Below the pieces are notes generated by a model, which made no database searches, was not told the DNA's origin, and saw only the letters and a program-made list of their open reading frames with translations. DNA of 64,000 nt from Chiloscyllium plagiosum (Eukaryota): assembly GCF_004010195.1 (NCBI RefSeq), contig NC_057718.1, positions 26,728,185 to 26,792,184 of the forward strand. Reading direction: 5' to 3'. Positions 37,112 through 49,192 of this stretch are shown here, one piece after another; position 1 is the stretch's first letter, and each line of letters begins with the position of its first letter. The position numbers and the translations under genes were made by a program.

Positions 37112-38393
37112 TGTTATGTTTGGGACAGTCAGAATAAGATAAAACAGTTGTGAAGTGGTCATGTGACCTGTCCCAAATCCTGCTGTTTGACAACAAGCTT
37201 AAGTGGCTTTGTTGTTATGGAGCCCAGAATGATCTACTGGAAAGACAGTAAAAAATGTTCACATCTGCAGACAATCGTAAGAGCATCTATGATGACTCTG
37301 GTAGACTGTTAGCCCCCACATCTCCCAGGGAGGTAATATGAATAAAAACAGAAGGTGGCGGAGAAACTCTGGAGGTTAGGCAGCATCTGGCATTGAGTCA
37401 GCGCTAACATTTTGAAGTTCTACAGTTCTGAAGAAGAATCATATTGGACTCAACACTAAATCTGTTTTCTCTCAGATACTGCCAGACCTGTTGAATTTCT
37501 CTACTAAGAACAAACAGTACCAGACTTTTCCAGCAATTTCTATCTGTAAACAGAAATCAGAGTAAACGTTTCAGGTCCAGTGACCCTTCCTCAGAACTTC
37601 TCTACCATTTTCTTTTTATAATTTAGATCTCCGGTGAATTCAGTGTTTTATTTTTATTGAGGTGTTAAGAATCAGGTTTTGTAAATAGTTGCACTTTAAA
37701 CTTTATTTAATTTTAAGATAAAATGGAGTTCGAATTTGAAAGATTAGTTAATTAGCATTTCTATCTGGGCTAAATACCCATGTGATTCATGGGTCTTGGA
37801 GATGGGCAATGAGAAAAGAAAAATCCATAGCAAACTATTGCAAAATCCAGTTACAATGTTTTTGTTAAGATCTCCTTGAATCTTTTGAGGGACGAAGAGA
37901 GGGAGGGAGAGGGATGGATCAGTCTGCAAGAATCTGAGATACAGGGAGACCAGAGAGGTAGAGGTTGAAGCCTTGAAATTGTACAAAATTGTACTCAGAT
38001 GAAAGAGATTGAGCTTGTGAGAATTGGAATGAGGTTGGCAAGAGTCAAGGTCTATAGGATATCTCACACTGTAAAAGGCAGTTCAGGAATTAGAAATTAT
38101 CCAGCTGGAAAAGGAAATGGGAAGTAAATCATCAAAAATTAAGAACAGTTTTGGACTAGTTCTTAGAGTAAATTATAACCTTGGGAGGATTTATTTTGTC
38201 ATTTTTAGAAGTTAAATGGGGGCATTTGTGGAGTCTAGATTTTAATTGTTTACGAAAAGTGTTTAGTAAAAGCTGCTTTTAATTTTATACTGTGAAAATC
38301 TTAAATCTTGAAATCTTGGTGTATGGTCCTTCCAATAACTGGAAATTTCAACTAATGTTTTAAAAGTAATCAGTCTCTCAGGGGATCATATCA
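37112..38393 (+). mobile_element. Probable solo LTR with nested Penelope-derived elements (37340-37660)
   Basis: Termini TGTTATG...GATCATATCA. Flanks agtt/aatt form a near-match 4-bp TSD. Confidence 0.5.
37340..37660. mobile_element. Family B palindromic element with a second family B fragment inserted (~37505-37597)
   Basis: agttctgaagaagaatcatattggactc on plus; gttctgaggaagggtcactggacctgaaacgtttactct on minus. ttctctac is repeated on both sides of the inner piece. Confidence 0.65.
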
Positions 38394-38557
38394 AATTGAG
38401 GATTCTTGAGATTTGACACCACAAGCACATTTAAATTTGCCAGAATTTAAACAAACAAGATTTCATAAAGTTAACATTGCTGTGCCTATTGTGGAAGTGT
38501 CCCTTTAAATGTTCTCTAATATTAGTTGGTAGCATGCTTGAAATAACTTGAAATAGT

Positions 38558-38857
38558 GGACGGCACAGTGGTTAGCACTGCTGCCTCACGGCGCCAGAGA
38601 CCCGGGTTCAATTCCCACCTCAGGCGACTGACTGTGTGGAGTTTGCACGTTCTCCCTGTGTCTGCGTGGGTTTCCTCTGGGTGCTCCTGTTTCCTCCCAC
38701 AGTCCAAAGATGTGCAGGTCAGGTGAATTGGCCATGCTAAATTGCCCGTAGTGTTAGGTAAGGGGTAAATGTAAGGGTATGGGTGGGTTGCGCTTCGGCG
38801 GGTCGGTGTGGACTTCTTGGGCCGAAGGGCCTGTTTCCACACTGTAAGTAATCTAAT
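38558..38857 (+). mobile_element. HE1 SINE, near full length
   Basis: Highly similar to 27447-27762. Tail ctgtaagtaatctaat. Confidence 0.95.
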
Positions 38858-39114
38858 TCACTTAAAGAAAGGACCTGTCTTTGAGCGCATTGTAATAGTT
38901 GAGAAAGGTTAAGAAAGATTCTTGTGATGTTTTACGTCGTTTCCACAATTTCCCCTTGCTACCCCCACTTCACCATGTATGCATAATCCCTCTACATGTC
39001 CATTTCCCAACAGTTTGTTTCGAGGGCTCTACACATTATCCTTGAAAAGAGGCCCGAACTGTCTCCATTACCACCATGCTCTTTTCATGTATGAGCTCGT
39101 TCTCACTTTGAACA

Positions 39115-39462
39115 ACATAAAGGTTTATAAAATCATGGGAGGCATAGATAAGGAGTATAGTTATTTGTCTTTTCCCAAGGGTAGGAAAGTCCAAAACCAG
39201 AGGGCATCGGTTTAAGGTGAAAGGGGAAAGATTTACAAGGGTCTTGAGGGGCAGCTTTAATGCATATATGGAACGAGATGCCAGATGGACAGGTAGAGGG
39301 GGTAAAATTACAACATTTAAAAGACATTTGGGCATGGACATGAATAAGAAAGGATCAGAGGGATATGGGCCAAACATAGGTAAATGGGACTGGTACAATT
39401 TAGGAAACTTAGTCAGCATGGATGAGTTGGGCTGAATGGCCTGTTTCATGCTGCATGTATCT
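39115..39462 (+). mobile_element. CR1/HER1 3' end
   Basis: aggtttataaaatcatggga...tttaaggtgaaaggggaaagattt; ORF 39217-39435. Confidence 0.88.
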
Positions 39463-39634
39463 GTGCATCCTGGCAGACTTGTACATCAACCTGCATAATC
39501 AAAACTGTAGCCTCTGGCTATCTGTTATTCCTGTGGATCATAAAAATCTCAAGTCAACAATATAATCTTCTGCAGACAAGGGTTCAAAACCCACTATGGC
39601 AGATGGTGGAATGTGAACTCAATTACATTTTTTT

Positions 39635-39831
39635 TAGAATCCCTACAGTGTGGAAACAGGCCATTTGGCCTAACAAGTCCATGCTGACCCTCTGAACAGT
39701 ATCCCACACAGACCCATTCCCCTACCCTATTACTCTACATTTCCCCTAACTAATACACCTAGCCTACACATCCCTGTACACTATGGGCAATTTAGCATGG
39801 CCAGTTCACCAAACCTGTACATCTTTGGACT
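39635..39831 (-). mobile_element. 5'-truncated HE1 SINE nested in a family 2 SINE head (39575-39852)
   Basis: tagaatccctacagtgtggaaacagg...catctttggac, flanked by ggttcaaaacccactatggcagatggtggaa and tggaattaaaaatctactga. Confidence 0.85.
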
Positions 39832-40524
39832 GGAATTAAAAATCTACTGACTGCCTACTGTTACATGCAACAGTACGCAAAAACAGGCCCTTCAGTTCAC
39901 CACGTCTCTAACGACCTTGATGCCATTTTTTAAAAAATTAATCTGCTTCATTTACATCCTTGAGAACAAAATTTGCCATCCATCCCTGGTCTGGCTGATA
40001 TGCTACACCAGCACCATTATCAATGTGGTTGAAATAGCTGAGAGCAAATCAATTGATGGGAAACAAATGCTGGCTTTATCAGTGGGCCCACACCCAATAC
40101 AAGCATAAAGAAACTGAAATGGGTTGACAGAAATTGGCTAGGATATTAAGGAATAGTAAGTTGACAAGTTCTTAACACTGCCCATGTGAACCAAACTGAA
40201 AATCTCTTACATGAAGAAAAGAAAAATAAAGTTTTGATATCTTATCAAAATGTGAGCATTTTCCAAAAGTAAAAACACTGGGCATGTGAACATTGGGCCG
40301 AGTTTCATATGTATTTAATTTTTCCTGAGTAACTATTTTGCTTAATTTCATCAGAACCGTCCAGAGCCTCTGATTTTTTAGAGACTTTCAGGGGGTTCCA
40401 ATGGAACCGCCTAGAGGAAAATTCAATTTGGTGTGCAATATGATGGGGAGTCTGCAGGATCCCCATATATAACTCCTATCTATACTTGCAAAGTACTGGC
40501 CATGGAAAATATGCCCTATCTTTT

Positions 40525-40892
40525 CTATTTATTTGTTCATGAGATGTGAGGGTCACTGGCTAGGACGGTATATGTTGCCCATCCCACGAACCCTTGAAAT
40601 GAGTAGACGAACCATTTCTTAAAGCCTTTAAGAGTCAACCACATTGCTGTGGGTGTGGAAACACACGTAATCAGACTGGTTAATTTAGCAGAGTTTTTTT
40701 CTCAAGAAAACATTAGAGATATTTTCATGGTCATCATTAGTGAGACTAGTATTCAATTCCAGATGATTTTTAATTAATTGAACTTAAATTCCACCAACTA
40801 CTCTAACAAGATTTGAACCAACACCACCCAAGTACTAACATGCAGCTCGAGACCACTAGTATGGTGGAATTACCACAACATCATCATTTCTC
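40525..40892 (-). mobile_element. tRNA-derived SINE family 2, full length, decayed
   Basis: Collinear with 2190-2477 (head and body) plus the tail of 19540-19616. Partial copies also at 41170-41340 and 50605-50720. Confidence 0.75.
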
Positions 40893-41724
40893 AATAAATG
40901 TGTGGACAGTAACTACTTTGATTCAAGATCCAAGAGCAGCCAATATTCGTGGAACTGTATACCAAACTTTGTGAATGGTCTTCAAATATAGGAAGGATAG
41001 ATGTTAAGCACGAAATTTATTCTTTACCTTCTGAAGTTCCAAATATTTTTACTTTTCACTGATTATCTAATGGTCAGACAGACAATTTGCGAGCATAGCT
41101 AGAAGTTGTATTTGGGGATCTTGTGGAATCTCTGAAGGAATTGCCCAGCTTACTCACTTCAGTTTCTTTTATACTTATGAACACATTAGGAAGGCTAACA
41201 TTTGTTGCCCATCAACTGATTTGCTCTCGAGGCTATTTCAAACACATTTCTAATATGGCTAATGTTACATATAGGCCAGACCAGGCATGGGTGGCAGATT
41301 TCCTTCCAAAGGACATTAGTGAACTAGATTTTTTATTAAACTGTAGGCAGTCAACCCTTAAAAACATAATGAATTTTAAGTCACACTTCCTCTTTCACCT
41401 CTGACAGTAACAAATTACAGATACAAATCTGTTTGTGATTTCTCCACATGACTGAAATGTGATTGCAATGAGACGACTACTTTTTTAAAAAATGAACCGC
41501 ATTTAAAATCAACTGCACTTTCTGTTAAAGGAATCTTTTGCTTTTAAACAAATTGAAGCTTCTACCTTGTTTGGAGAAGTCTATACAAACCTGTGTGAGA
41601 CATGCAAGTTTTTCCATCCAAATAGTAATACATGGCCATAATGATTTCACAAACCTCCTGGTCATGTATACTACTGGACCCCTAATTATTTTCAGAGCAT
41701 ATTATTTAAAGCAACAATCATAAA

Positions 41725-42700
41725 TAACAAAAACAACTTGCGTCTACATAGCACATTTAGCAAACAAAAGCTTCAGTGTGCTTCAGTGGATAAGAATGAT
41801 AACGTGTTAAAGAAGAATACATTAGGAAGGATGATCAAAATTTAAGTCAAAGAGTTAAGTTTGAAGCAGTTTTTAAAAAACGTGGCAGATTCAATAAGTG
41901 GTTCAAGTAGGCAGCTCACCAGCACCTTCTCAGACTTTGTTCTAAGTTTAATTATGGTTGAAGGCATGATCAAGAAATGAAAGGGAATGTGGTAGAGACT
42001 GGATTCAGAGGAGTGGCAGGTTTAATGGGATATTTGGGCTGGGGATTTTATACAGGGAGGTGCAAGGCTATCAAAGGATTTAAACACAGAATGACCATTT
42101 TAAACTTGAGGCTCTGAAAGCCAGAATAAAATGTAGGTCAGCTAAAATAAAGTTGATATGAGTAGGATTTGGTGAGATATTGGATATGGGCAGCATAAGT
42201 TTGAATGAATTGTAACTTCTGGAGATTGAAGGATGAGAGGCAAGCAATGAGGTCATTGGTATAGATAAGTTTAATCTTGACAAAGGAATAGATGGGAGGT
42301 TCAAAGGTTGTTGGGCTGATATGCACTAAAGACAGATAATGGTATGGAAATAAAATTGGCGAGCTTTATGATACAGGGTTGAAAATAGAGCTCAGGTTTG
42401 TATGGAACTCCAGTTTGGAACCATCTGATTAACTTCAGACTGGCTGTTAAAATAGAGAAAACTGGCTTACTTAAGACTGCATGTTACATAATTCTATAAC
42501 ATTAGCAGACAAGGAATCGAGAGTTGATAAGGCATAGAAGTGTACGTCATGAGTACACATGTGGAAAATGATCCTGTGCATAAAATATCAAGCAGCATAG
42601 TGGAGGAGGCCAAAGTAAGAACTTCAAGGTTTTAAATGAAAGACACAGTAAAAGAAAGAGAATCCACTGATGGAGATGCTCTGATTACAAACAAGTAGGT
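41725..42700 (-). mobile_element. L2-type LINE 3' part (further pieces probably at 43290-43620, 45175-45400 and 27010-27420)
   Basis: Minus frames give HISPTTFEPPIYSFVKIKLIYTNDLIACLSSFNLQKLQFIQTYAA and ILADLH, resembling L2 ETLIHAFVTSRLDYSN...LQLIQNSAAR...VLADLHWL. Tail gctatgtagacgcaagttgtttttg. Confidence 0.7.
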
Positions 42701-42739
42701 AAAAATGTAACTAATTAAAGATAGACCAACTAAATTATG

Positions 42740-42938
42740 CACAAATGCAGAATGTGCTGGAAAATCTCAGCAATTCTAGCAACATCTGTGAAAAGAGAAA
42801 AACAGAGTTAACGCTTCAAGTCCAGTATGGCTCTTCTTCAGTATGCTTCTGTTTCTCTCTCCACAGATGCTGCCACAACTGCTGAGATCCTGCAGCTTAT
42901 TCTGTGATTTCTGATTTCCTGATCAACAGTATTTTAGT
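42740..42938. mobile_element. Family B palindromic Penelope-derived element
   Basis: Left arm ctcagcaattctagcaacatctgtgaaaagagaaaaacagag is the inverse of right arm ctgtttctctctccacagatgctgccacaactgctgag. Confidence 0.7.
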
Positions 42939-42952
42939 TAGATCTGGAATCT

Positions 42953-43286
42953 ATAGAATCCCTACATTGTGGAAACAGGCCATTTGATCCAACAAGTCCA
43001 CAATGCCCCTCCGAAGAGCAACCCAACCAGACTCATTCCCCTACCCTATTATTCTACATTTACCCTTGACTAATGCACATAACCTATATATCCCTGAACA
43101 CTATGGGCAACTTAGATTGGCCAGTTCACCTAACCTGCACGTCTTTGGATTGTAGGAGGGAACCTGAGCACTTGGAGGAATCCCAGGGAGAATGTCTATT
43201 TTGAGTTTGCACAGTCGCCCAAGGTTAGAATAAAACCCGGGTCCCTGTGAGGCAGCAGTGCTAACCACTGAGCCACCATGCCGCCC
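42953..43286 (-). mobile_element. HE1 SINE, full length, older subfamily
   Basis: Ends gcagcagtgctaaccactgagccaccatgccgccc (reverse complement of the HE1 head). Tail tagaatccctaca. Confidence 0.92.
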
Positions 43287-43630
43287 GATTACTTCTGTCA
43301 ATTTTGCTTCCACTAAATAAAGGTAATGGATTAGAGGTGCTGGAGCACAATGATTAGATCAACTATGACAGAGGTTGTTGAGTGATGGAGCAGTAAAGGG
43401 TTAAATTATTGTGTTCTGTCAGGCAAATGTAAATTGTGATTTGGTTCCAGTATTTTGGTACTGTGGCAGGAACAGAAATGTGTTAGGAAGATACAAAGAA
43501 GGAAGCGCATAAAATACAAGCTCAGACTTGGAATTGGAGAGAAAAAGAAAGTTCACAACTGTCAGGCAGTTCATATGGCCGGAGGGATAAAGATTCAGGT
43601 TTTTTTAAAGGATCGAGGTTAGTTACGCAC

Positions 43631-45171
43631 AGGTGTTATCAATTCTAGGACGAGTGAAAGTATACAAGTCCCCTGGGCTGGATGGGATTTATCCGAGGAT
43701 TCTCTGGGAAGCTAGGGAGGAGATAGCAGGGACTTTGGCTTTGAGTACCTGAGGACTGGAGGATTGCAAATGTTGTGCCCTGTTCAAGAAGGGCAGCAGA
43801 GATGACCCAAGTAATTATAGACCAGTGAGCCTTACTTCTATTGTAGGAAAGGTTTTGGAAAGGATTATAAGAGATAAGATTTATAATCATCTAGCAAGCA
43901 ACAATTTGATTTCAGATAGTCGACATGGTTTGTCAAGGGCAGGTCGTGTTTCACAAACCTCATTGAGTTTTTTTGAGAAGGTGACCAAGCATGTGGATGA
44001 GGGTAGGGCAGTTGATGTGGTGTACATGGACTTCAGTAAAGCCTTTGATAAGGTTCCACATGGTAGGCTGATGGAGAAAATGCAGAGGCATGGAATTGTG
44101 GGTGATTTAGCAGTTTGGATTAGAAACTGGCTTTCTGAAAGAAGGCAGCGAGTGGTGGTTGACGGAAAATATTCAGTTTGGAGTCCAGTTACTAGTGGTG
44201 TGCGACAAGGATCTGTTTTGGGACCACTGCTGTTTGTCATTTTTATAAATGACTTAGACGCAGGCATAGGTGGATGGATTAGTAAATTAGCAGATGACAT
44301 TAAAGTCGGTGGAGTAGTGGACAGTTTGGAAGAATGTTACAGGTTGCAGGGGGACTTGGATAAACTGCAGAATTGGGCTGAGAGGTGGCAAATGGAGTTC
44401 AATGCAGCTAAATGTGAGGTGATGCACTTTGGGAAGAATAACAGGAAGGCAGATGACTGGGTCTATGGAAAGATTCTTGGTAGTGTGGATGTGCAGAGGG
44501 ATCTTGGAATCCCTGTGCATAGATCTCTGAAAGTTGCCACCCAGGTGGATAGTGCTGTTAAGAAGGCATACGGTGTGTTAGGTTTCATTGATAGAGGGAT
44601 TGAGTTCCGGAACCGCAATATCATGCTGCATCTATACAAAATGCTGGTGCGGCCACACTTGGAATATTTTGTACAGTTCTGGTTGCCCCATTACAGGAAG
44701 GATGTGGAAGAATAGAAAAAGTGCAGAGGAGATTTACCAGGATGTTGCCTGGTCTGGAGGGAAGGTCTTATGAGGAAAGGCTGAGACACTTGGGTCTGTT
44801 CTCATTTGAAAGAAGGCTAAGGGGGGACTTGATAGAGACATACAAGATAATCAGAGGATTAGGTAGACAGTGAAAGACTTTTTCCCAGGATGATGATGTC
44901 AGCTGTACGAGAGGGCATAACTACAAATTGAGGGGTGATAGATTTAAGACAGATGTCAGAGGAGGTTCTTTACGCAGAGAGTGGTAAGGGCATAGAATGC
45001 CCTACCTGCTAATGTAGTCAACTCAACCACATTAGGGAGATTTAAACAATCCTTAGATAAGCACATGGATGATTTTGGGACAGTTTAGGGGGACGAGCTG
45101 AGAATAGTTCACAGGTCAGCGCAACATCGAGGACCGAAGGGCCTGTTCTGCGCTGTATTGTTCTATGTTCC
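43631..45171 (+). mobile_element. Relatively young CR1 LINE, RT domain to 3' end; non-functional
   Basis: 296-aa ORF 43825-44715 with YMDFSKAFDKVPH, RQGSVLGPLLF and LADD (for FADD). 5'-truncated, with stop and frameshift lesions. Tail gttctatgttc. Confidence 0.96.
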
Positions 45172-46089
45172 ATAATGACAGCCATTTTGAAAGACTGGGG
45201 AACTATCACAGGAGAATAAATAATAAACTATTTCAGCTTATATGGAGGTCCAAAATGGAAGTTTAGTAGTCAGCAGTTTATTTGGAATGGGATCAATGGA
45301 GCAGACGGTAGATCTCATCAATAAGACACTTGTAGTGAAAATAAAATGGGAAAGATAGAAGAGGAGGTAACTGAAGAAGTATTAGATGCTATAGAATAGG
45401 GAGAACAAGACCAGAGTGTATCTTAACTGCTAAAAGCAAGTTGAGAACATGCACGTAATTGTGCATGATAATAGTACCTTCTCAATAACTGCATCCAGGG
45501 ACCAAGTGAACACATATACAATATAGTAATATACACCAAACTGACTATTCATTGTCAAGTGAAAACCAAGGATATTATTATATATTAGATCGTTTTTGAA
45601 CATTTTGAAATCAAAGAACTGCAACAATGATTATGGAGAAATGATATAATATTGTAAGAGTTGTGATAAAAAGCTACTAGCTGGAATAAAACATTTTGCT
45701 ACAGAAAGCTTTGTTTTGATCACAATTTTTTATTTATTATTAGAATTTGGATACTATGATAGTCTCAAGTCTTGCATTTTAATTCGCATTTTAGGATACA
45801 AATTGCTTAATTCTTTTAACAATATTGTCCAAAGTCCATGCCTGATTTTTATATCTATTGACTTCATACCTTTATTCAGGTACTGATATTACAGTGGTTA
45901 TCAGGTTCACAGACAGACAAACACAGACTGACAAACAAGATTAATATGACAGAAAAACCTTACAGATTGCAGTACATTGACAAATGTTATACAAAAGCAC
46001 ACATATAGCAGCAAAAACTACTTTTGCTACTGCAAGCACAATGGTTCCATGAATGCATTAATCTGTCCTCATACTTATTCATTATTTAC

Positions 46090-46326
46090 CTTTTGCCCTG
46101 CAATCATCACTCTCTCTCCCAGCTTTAGGCCCAGCGACATCAGTAGTGCCTTGCCTGAGATGTGATCATAGTTTGTCAACATGGCTTTTGACATGTTGCA
46201 TGTCAGTGGTAATGCATCCAAGAGCATCTGTTTCAGTTCTTTGGCAACTGCTGCTGCCTCTGCCATTTCGAGCGGCATATCCAAGGGGTCAGGAACAATA
46301 TCAACAGGCATCTGTCCTTTATCATT
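46090..46326 (-). CDS. CLIP4: CLIP4 internal coding exon (linker between ankyrin repeats and first CAP-Gly domain), 237 nt, phase 0/0
   Basis: Minus strand reads acag|AAT GAT AAA GGA CAG...GGG CAA AAG|gtaaat. Translates to NDKGQMPVDIVPDPLDMPLEMAEAAAVAKELKQMLLDALPLTCNMSKAMLTNYDHISGKALLMSLGLKLGERVMIAGQK, close to vertebrate CLIP4 as I recall it and less like the paralogue CLIP3. Polypyrimidine tract precedes the AG. Confidence 0.95.
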
Positions 46327-47849
46327 CTGTTCAGGAAGAAAAAGGTGATTATCAATAATTATCATGCAAAAATATTTATTTGAAATCATTTTAGTCACTG
46401 AAAGCAAAATTCAGTATATGTGTAATCCACTGCTCAGTTACTACTTTTTTCAAATACAAAACTAGTACGTGGTGCAAAATTCCTAATGATATTCCATCTG
46501 TGGATGGTCATGTACATACAACAATTAGTAGTTTTTTTAAAAACAGATTCATCATACTAATTACTTGAAGATAAAAATTTGTTTGATAATTTAATTGGTT
46601 AGGGTTGTTGAAGCAGCCCTAAATGAATATCTTGTTCACATTTGTCCAGAATCCCACAGTGTCAATCTTCAGGAAAGTCTGGAATAACTTGTGCCAATAA
46701 AGTGCTTAACAAGTTAGTGACAGGTTATTTCCCAGGGATGGAAGTCCCATTGCTGTGAGCTAACAGCCAAAGACCAGCAACTTCTCTGTACACAGAAGAA
46801 ACACTGGGAAGGCAATGGCTGTTACCAATACTATGAACACTCAAGGCCTGGGTTCAAGGCCAGAGTGAGTGATAGTAGGAAGGGGGTGTCCTTACTCACA
46901 ACCCTCCTGTCTAAATAAGTGCCCTATACATCCATCAAATGCATGGAAAGGCACAATATTCTGCTCAAGGTTAACATGTTTAAAAAGTTTCAGTCAGTGT
47001 CTTTAAATTTAAGGGAAAATGAAGGGGATCATATGACCTGAAATCTGCCTGACAACAGGGCAATGGGGCTGCAAGAATTAAAGGAAAGCCTGCATTGTTT
47101 AACTGTGGAAAAAGATGGCAAGGTATTCACACTTGCAGACAATGGTAAAGGCAGTAATGATGTGCTGGACATACTATGAATCTCCAAGATCCAGAAAAAT
47201 GTTGATAATGTTAGATTTTAAACAGTTGTGATTTAAACTGGCCATTTAGTTTCAAGATGAAAGATAGTCGGGCCCTCAAGGACAACTGTTCAGCTGAATG
47301 CAAGGCCCATGAGAATTTATGTGGTCATAATGATGGGCTTTGAGATAAGAAGGGTATAGAGGAAGCCATTGTGCTATCGAGTTACAGGTTCCCCCAAAAC
47401 ATCACCGAGCATCACAGACAAATTGGTCTGCCAAGATCTGGAAAGAGAGAGCTAGACGTCAAAAGTCACTATGGCTGTAATGAGAATAGTAGCTCATTGA
47501 GGAAAAAAATAAATAAATTTGTTATTAATTGAAATGAAGTTGGAGGATTCTGGAAGGACTGAATGCTCACATAAAGAACAGTCTACTGCATAACTGTGAA
47601 AGGTATTTCTTTGGTGTACTAAAAACAAGATGATAAGACATTCCATTCTATGACTTGAAATTCCTGCTGTAGGCTGCCCAAATCTCCAAATCATAAGGCA
47701 GCACAGGAATCACTATTGCTCCTTTAGGGAGAGGGAGATGTCACTTGTGTGTCAGAAACCAGATCCCTGAAGCAACTGCTTACGCAGAGCTCAAACGTGG
47801 CAGGAGACTCAGGGAGGAAAGCAGAAACTTTTAGGAGGTCCTCATTTTA

Positions 47850-48200
47850 TTTTATTTTCATTATTTTGTGAAAGTGGTCTTTACTGGAAGTCTACATGTA
47901 TTGCCCATCTCCAACTGGCCTTTAACTGACCTCAGAGGGTAGTTAAGAGACAATCACATTTCTATGGGTCTGGAGTGACATGTAGGCCAGATCAGGTAAG
48001 GATAGCAGATTTCCTTCCTTAAAGGATACTGGGCAACCAGATAGGTGTTTACAAAAATAAAAGACAGTTGTGATGGTCACTGCTACTGAGACAAGTTTAC
48101 ATTCTAGATTTTGTTAACTAAATTTAAGTTACACCAGATGCCACAGCGGAATTCAAGACCATGTCATCAGACGATTAGTTTCAGCCTCTGGATTACTAGC
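47850..48200 (-). mobile_element. tRNA-derived SINE family 2
   Basis: ttgcccatctcc...ctatgggtctggagtgacatgtaggccagatcaggtaaggatagcagatttccttccttaaagga...cctctggattactag. Confidence 0.78.
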
Positions 48201-48490
48201 AACCTTCCCTCTAGGTTTTATGAATATTCTGAGGGTCTAGGCAAGCTAATTAACGGACCAATATAATTGACTTGAGGAAGTTTCAAAAGTTGCAGCTGCA
48301 CGTGGACCTTGGAGGTCTGCACAGAAGAACAGAAAAATTAGGGAACGTAGATTCTATAATGATCCTTGACATTAGCACAATGACATGATTTCCAGCCATT
48401 ATTGCAGAGGTGAAATAGATGCTGAATCATAGGTGACCCTTGCTTGACATCAATCAGAACAAAGAAAGCTCATTCAAGAAGGCACTAAAT

Positions 48491-48579
48491 ACAGCGCCAG
48501 AGACACGGGTTTAATTCCCGACTCAGGGGACTGACTGTGTGGAGTTTGCACATTCTCCCCGTGTCTGCGTGGGTTTCCT
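48491..48579 (+). mobile_element. HE1 SINE fragment running into the assembly gap
   Basis: acagcgccagagacacgggtttaattcccgactcagg...gtgtctgcgtgggtttcct. Confidence 0.9.
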
Positions 48580-48729
48580 NNNNNNNNNNNNNNNNNNNNN
48601 NNNNNNNNNNNNNNNNNNNNNNNNNNNNNNNNNNNNNNNNNNNNNNNNNNNNNNNNNNNNNNNNNNNNNNNNNNNNNNNNNNNNNNNNNNNNNNNNNNNN
48701 NNNNNNNNNNNNNNNNNNNNNNNNNNNNN
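48580..48729. other. Assembly gap (150 N)
   Basis: Run of n characters. Confidence 1.
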
Positions 48730-49192
48730 TATATCAAGAGACCTTGTCTGCAATGTAAAGAGGCAAAGTTGAGGCAGCAGAGGGAGTGCACTAACCTCCA
48801 AAAAACCAATGACTACCCAAGCCTTCAAGCACTACCGGGGTAGCAGAGTGTGTAAGTTACACTTGGGACTTTTCAGCCATTTCAAAGCCACCTAACCAAA
48901 ATGGAAGCAAGTCATCCTTGATCCCAAGGGAACATCTCAGAGGAAGAGGTTTATAATATAAGTTGTCTGTAAAGTCAGTTTTTATTTAACTGTGCTTTTG
49001 CTCTTTTGTTAAAGAAAATGTCTGAAAATGCAAAATGTTGCTATGTCATCCTCTCAGCTATTAACTCATTATATGAGTATCTCTTTAAAAGTTGACACTC
49101 TTCAGAAGAATTGAAACAAATAGTTTGGTAAATACCATAAATAATAATCGAGGAGGCAGACAACTCATCAACATTGCCACAATAAACTGTGG

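Larger units (their letters stand above)
7186..46089 (-). other. CLIP4: CLIP4 intron, 38,904 bp, GT-AG, transposon-filled
   Basis: Flanking exons join in frame (…AGQK|VGTLRF…) with no missing residues relative to recalled CLIP4. Confidence 0.88.

Noticed and set aside
43825..44715. Longest ORF (296 aa) as a host gene or novel reverse transcriptase system
   Set aside because: It is an ordinary 5'-truncated CR1 ORF2 fragment with LADD in place of FADD and flanking frameshifts.
4203..46326. Assignment to CLIP3 (CLIPR-59) or CLIP1/2
   Set aside because: Residues NDKGQ, MPLEMA, KQMLLDA, WAGIEL, GIFAPLSKISK and RSQKID fit CLIP4 as I recall it. A reciprocal BLAST would confirm.
46075..46407. ORF-track 110-aa protein as a complete small gene
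   Set aside because: Only 46090-46326 is exonic. The rest is intronic read-through past the AG and GT splice sites.
48474..48828. ORFs spanning the N run
   Set aside because: Artefacts of translating through the assembly gap.
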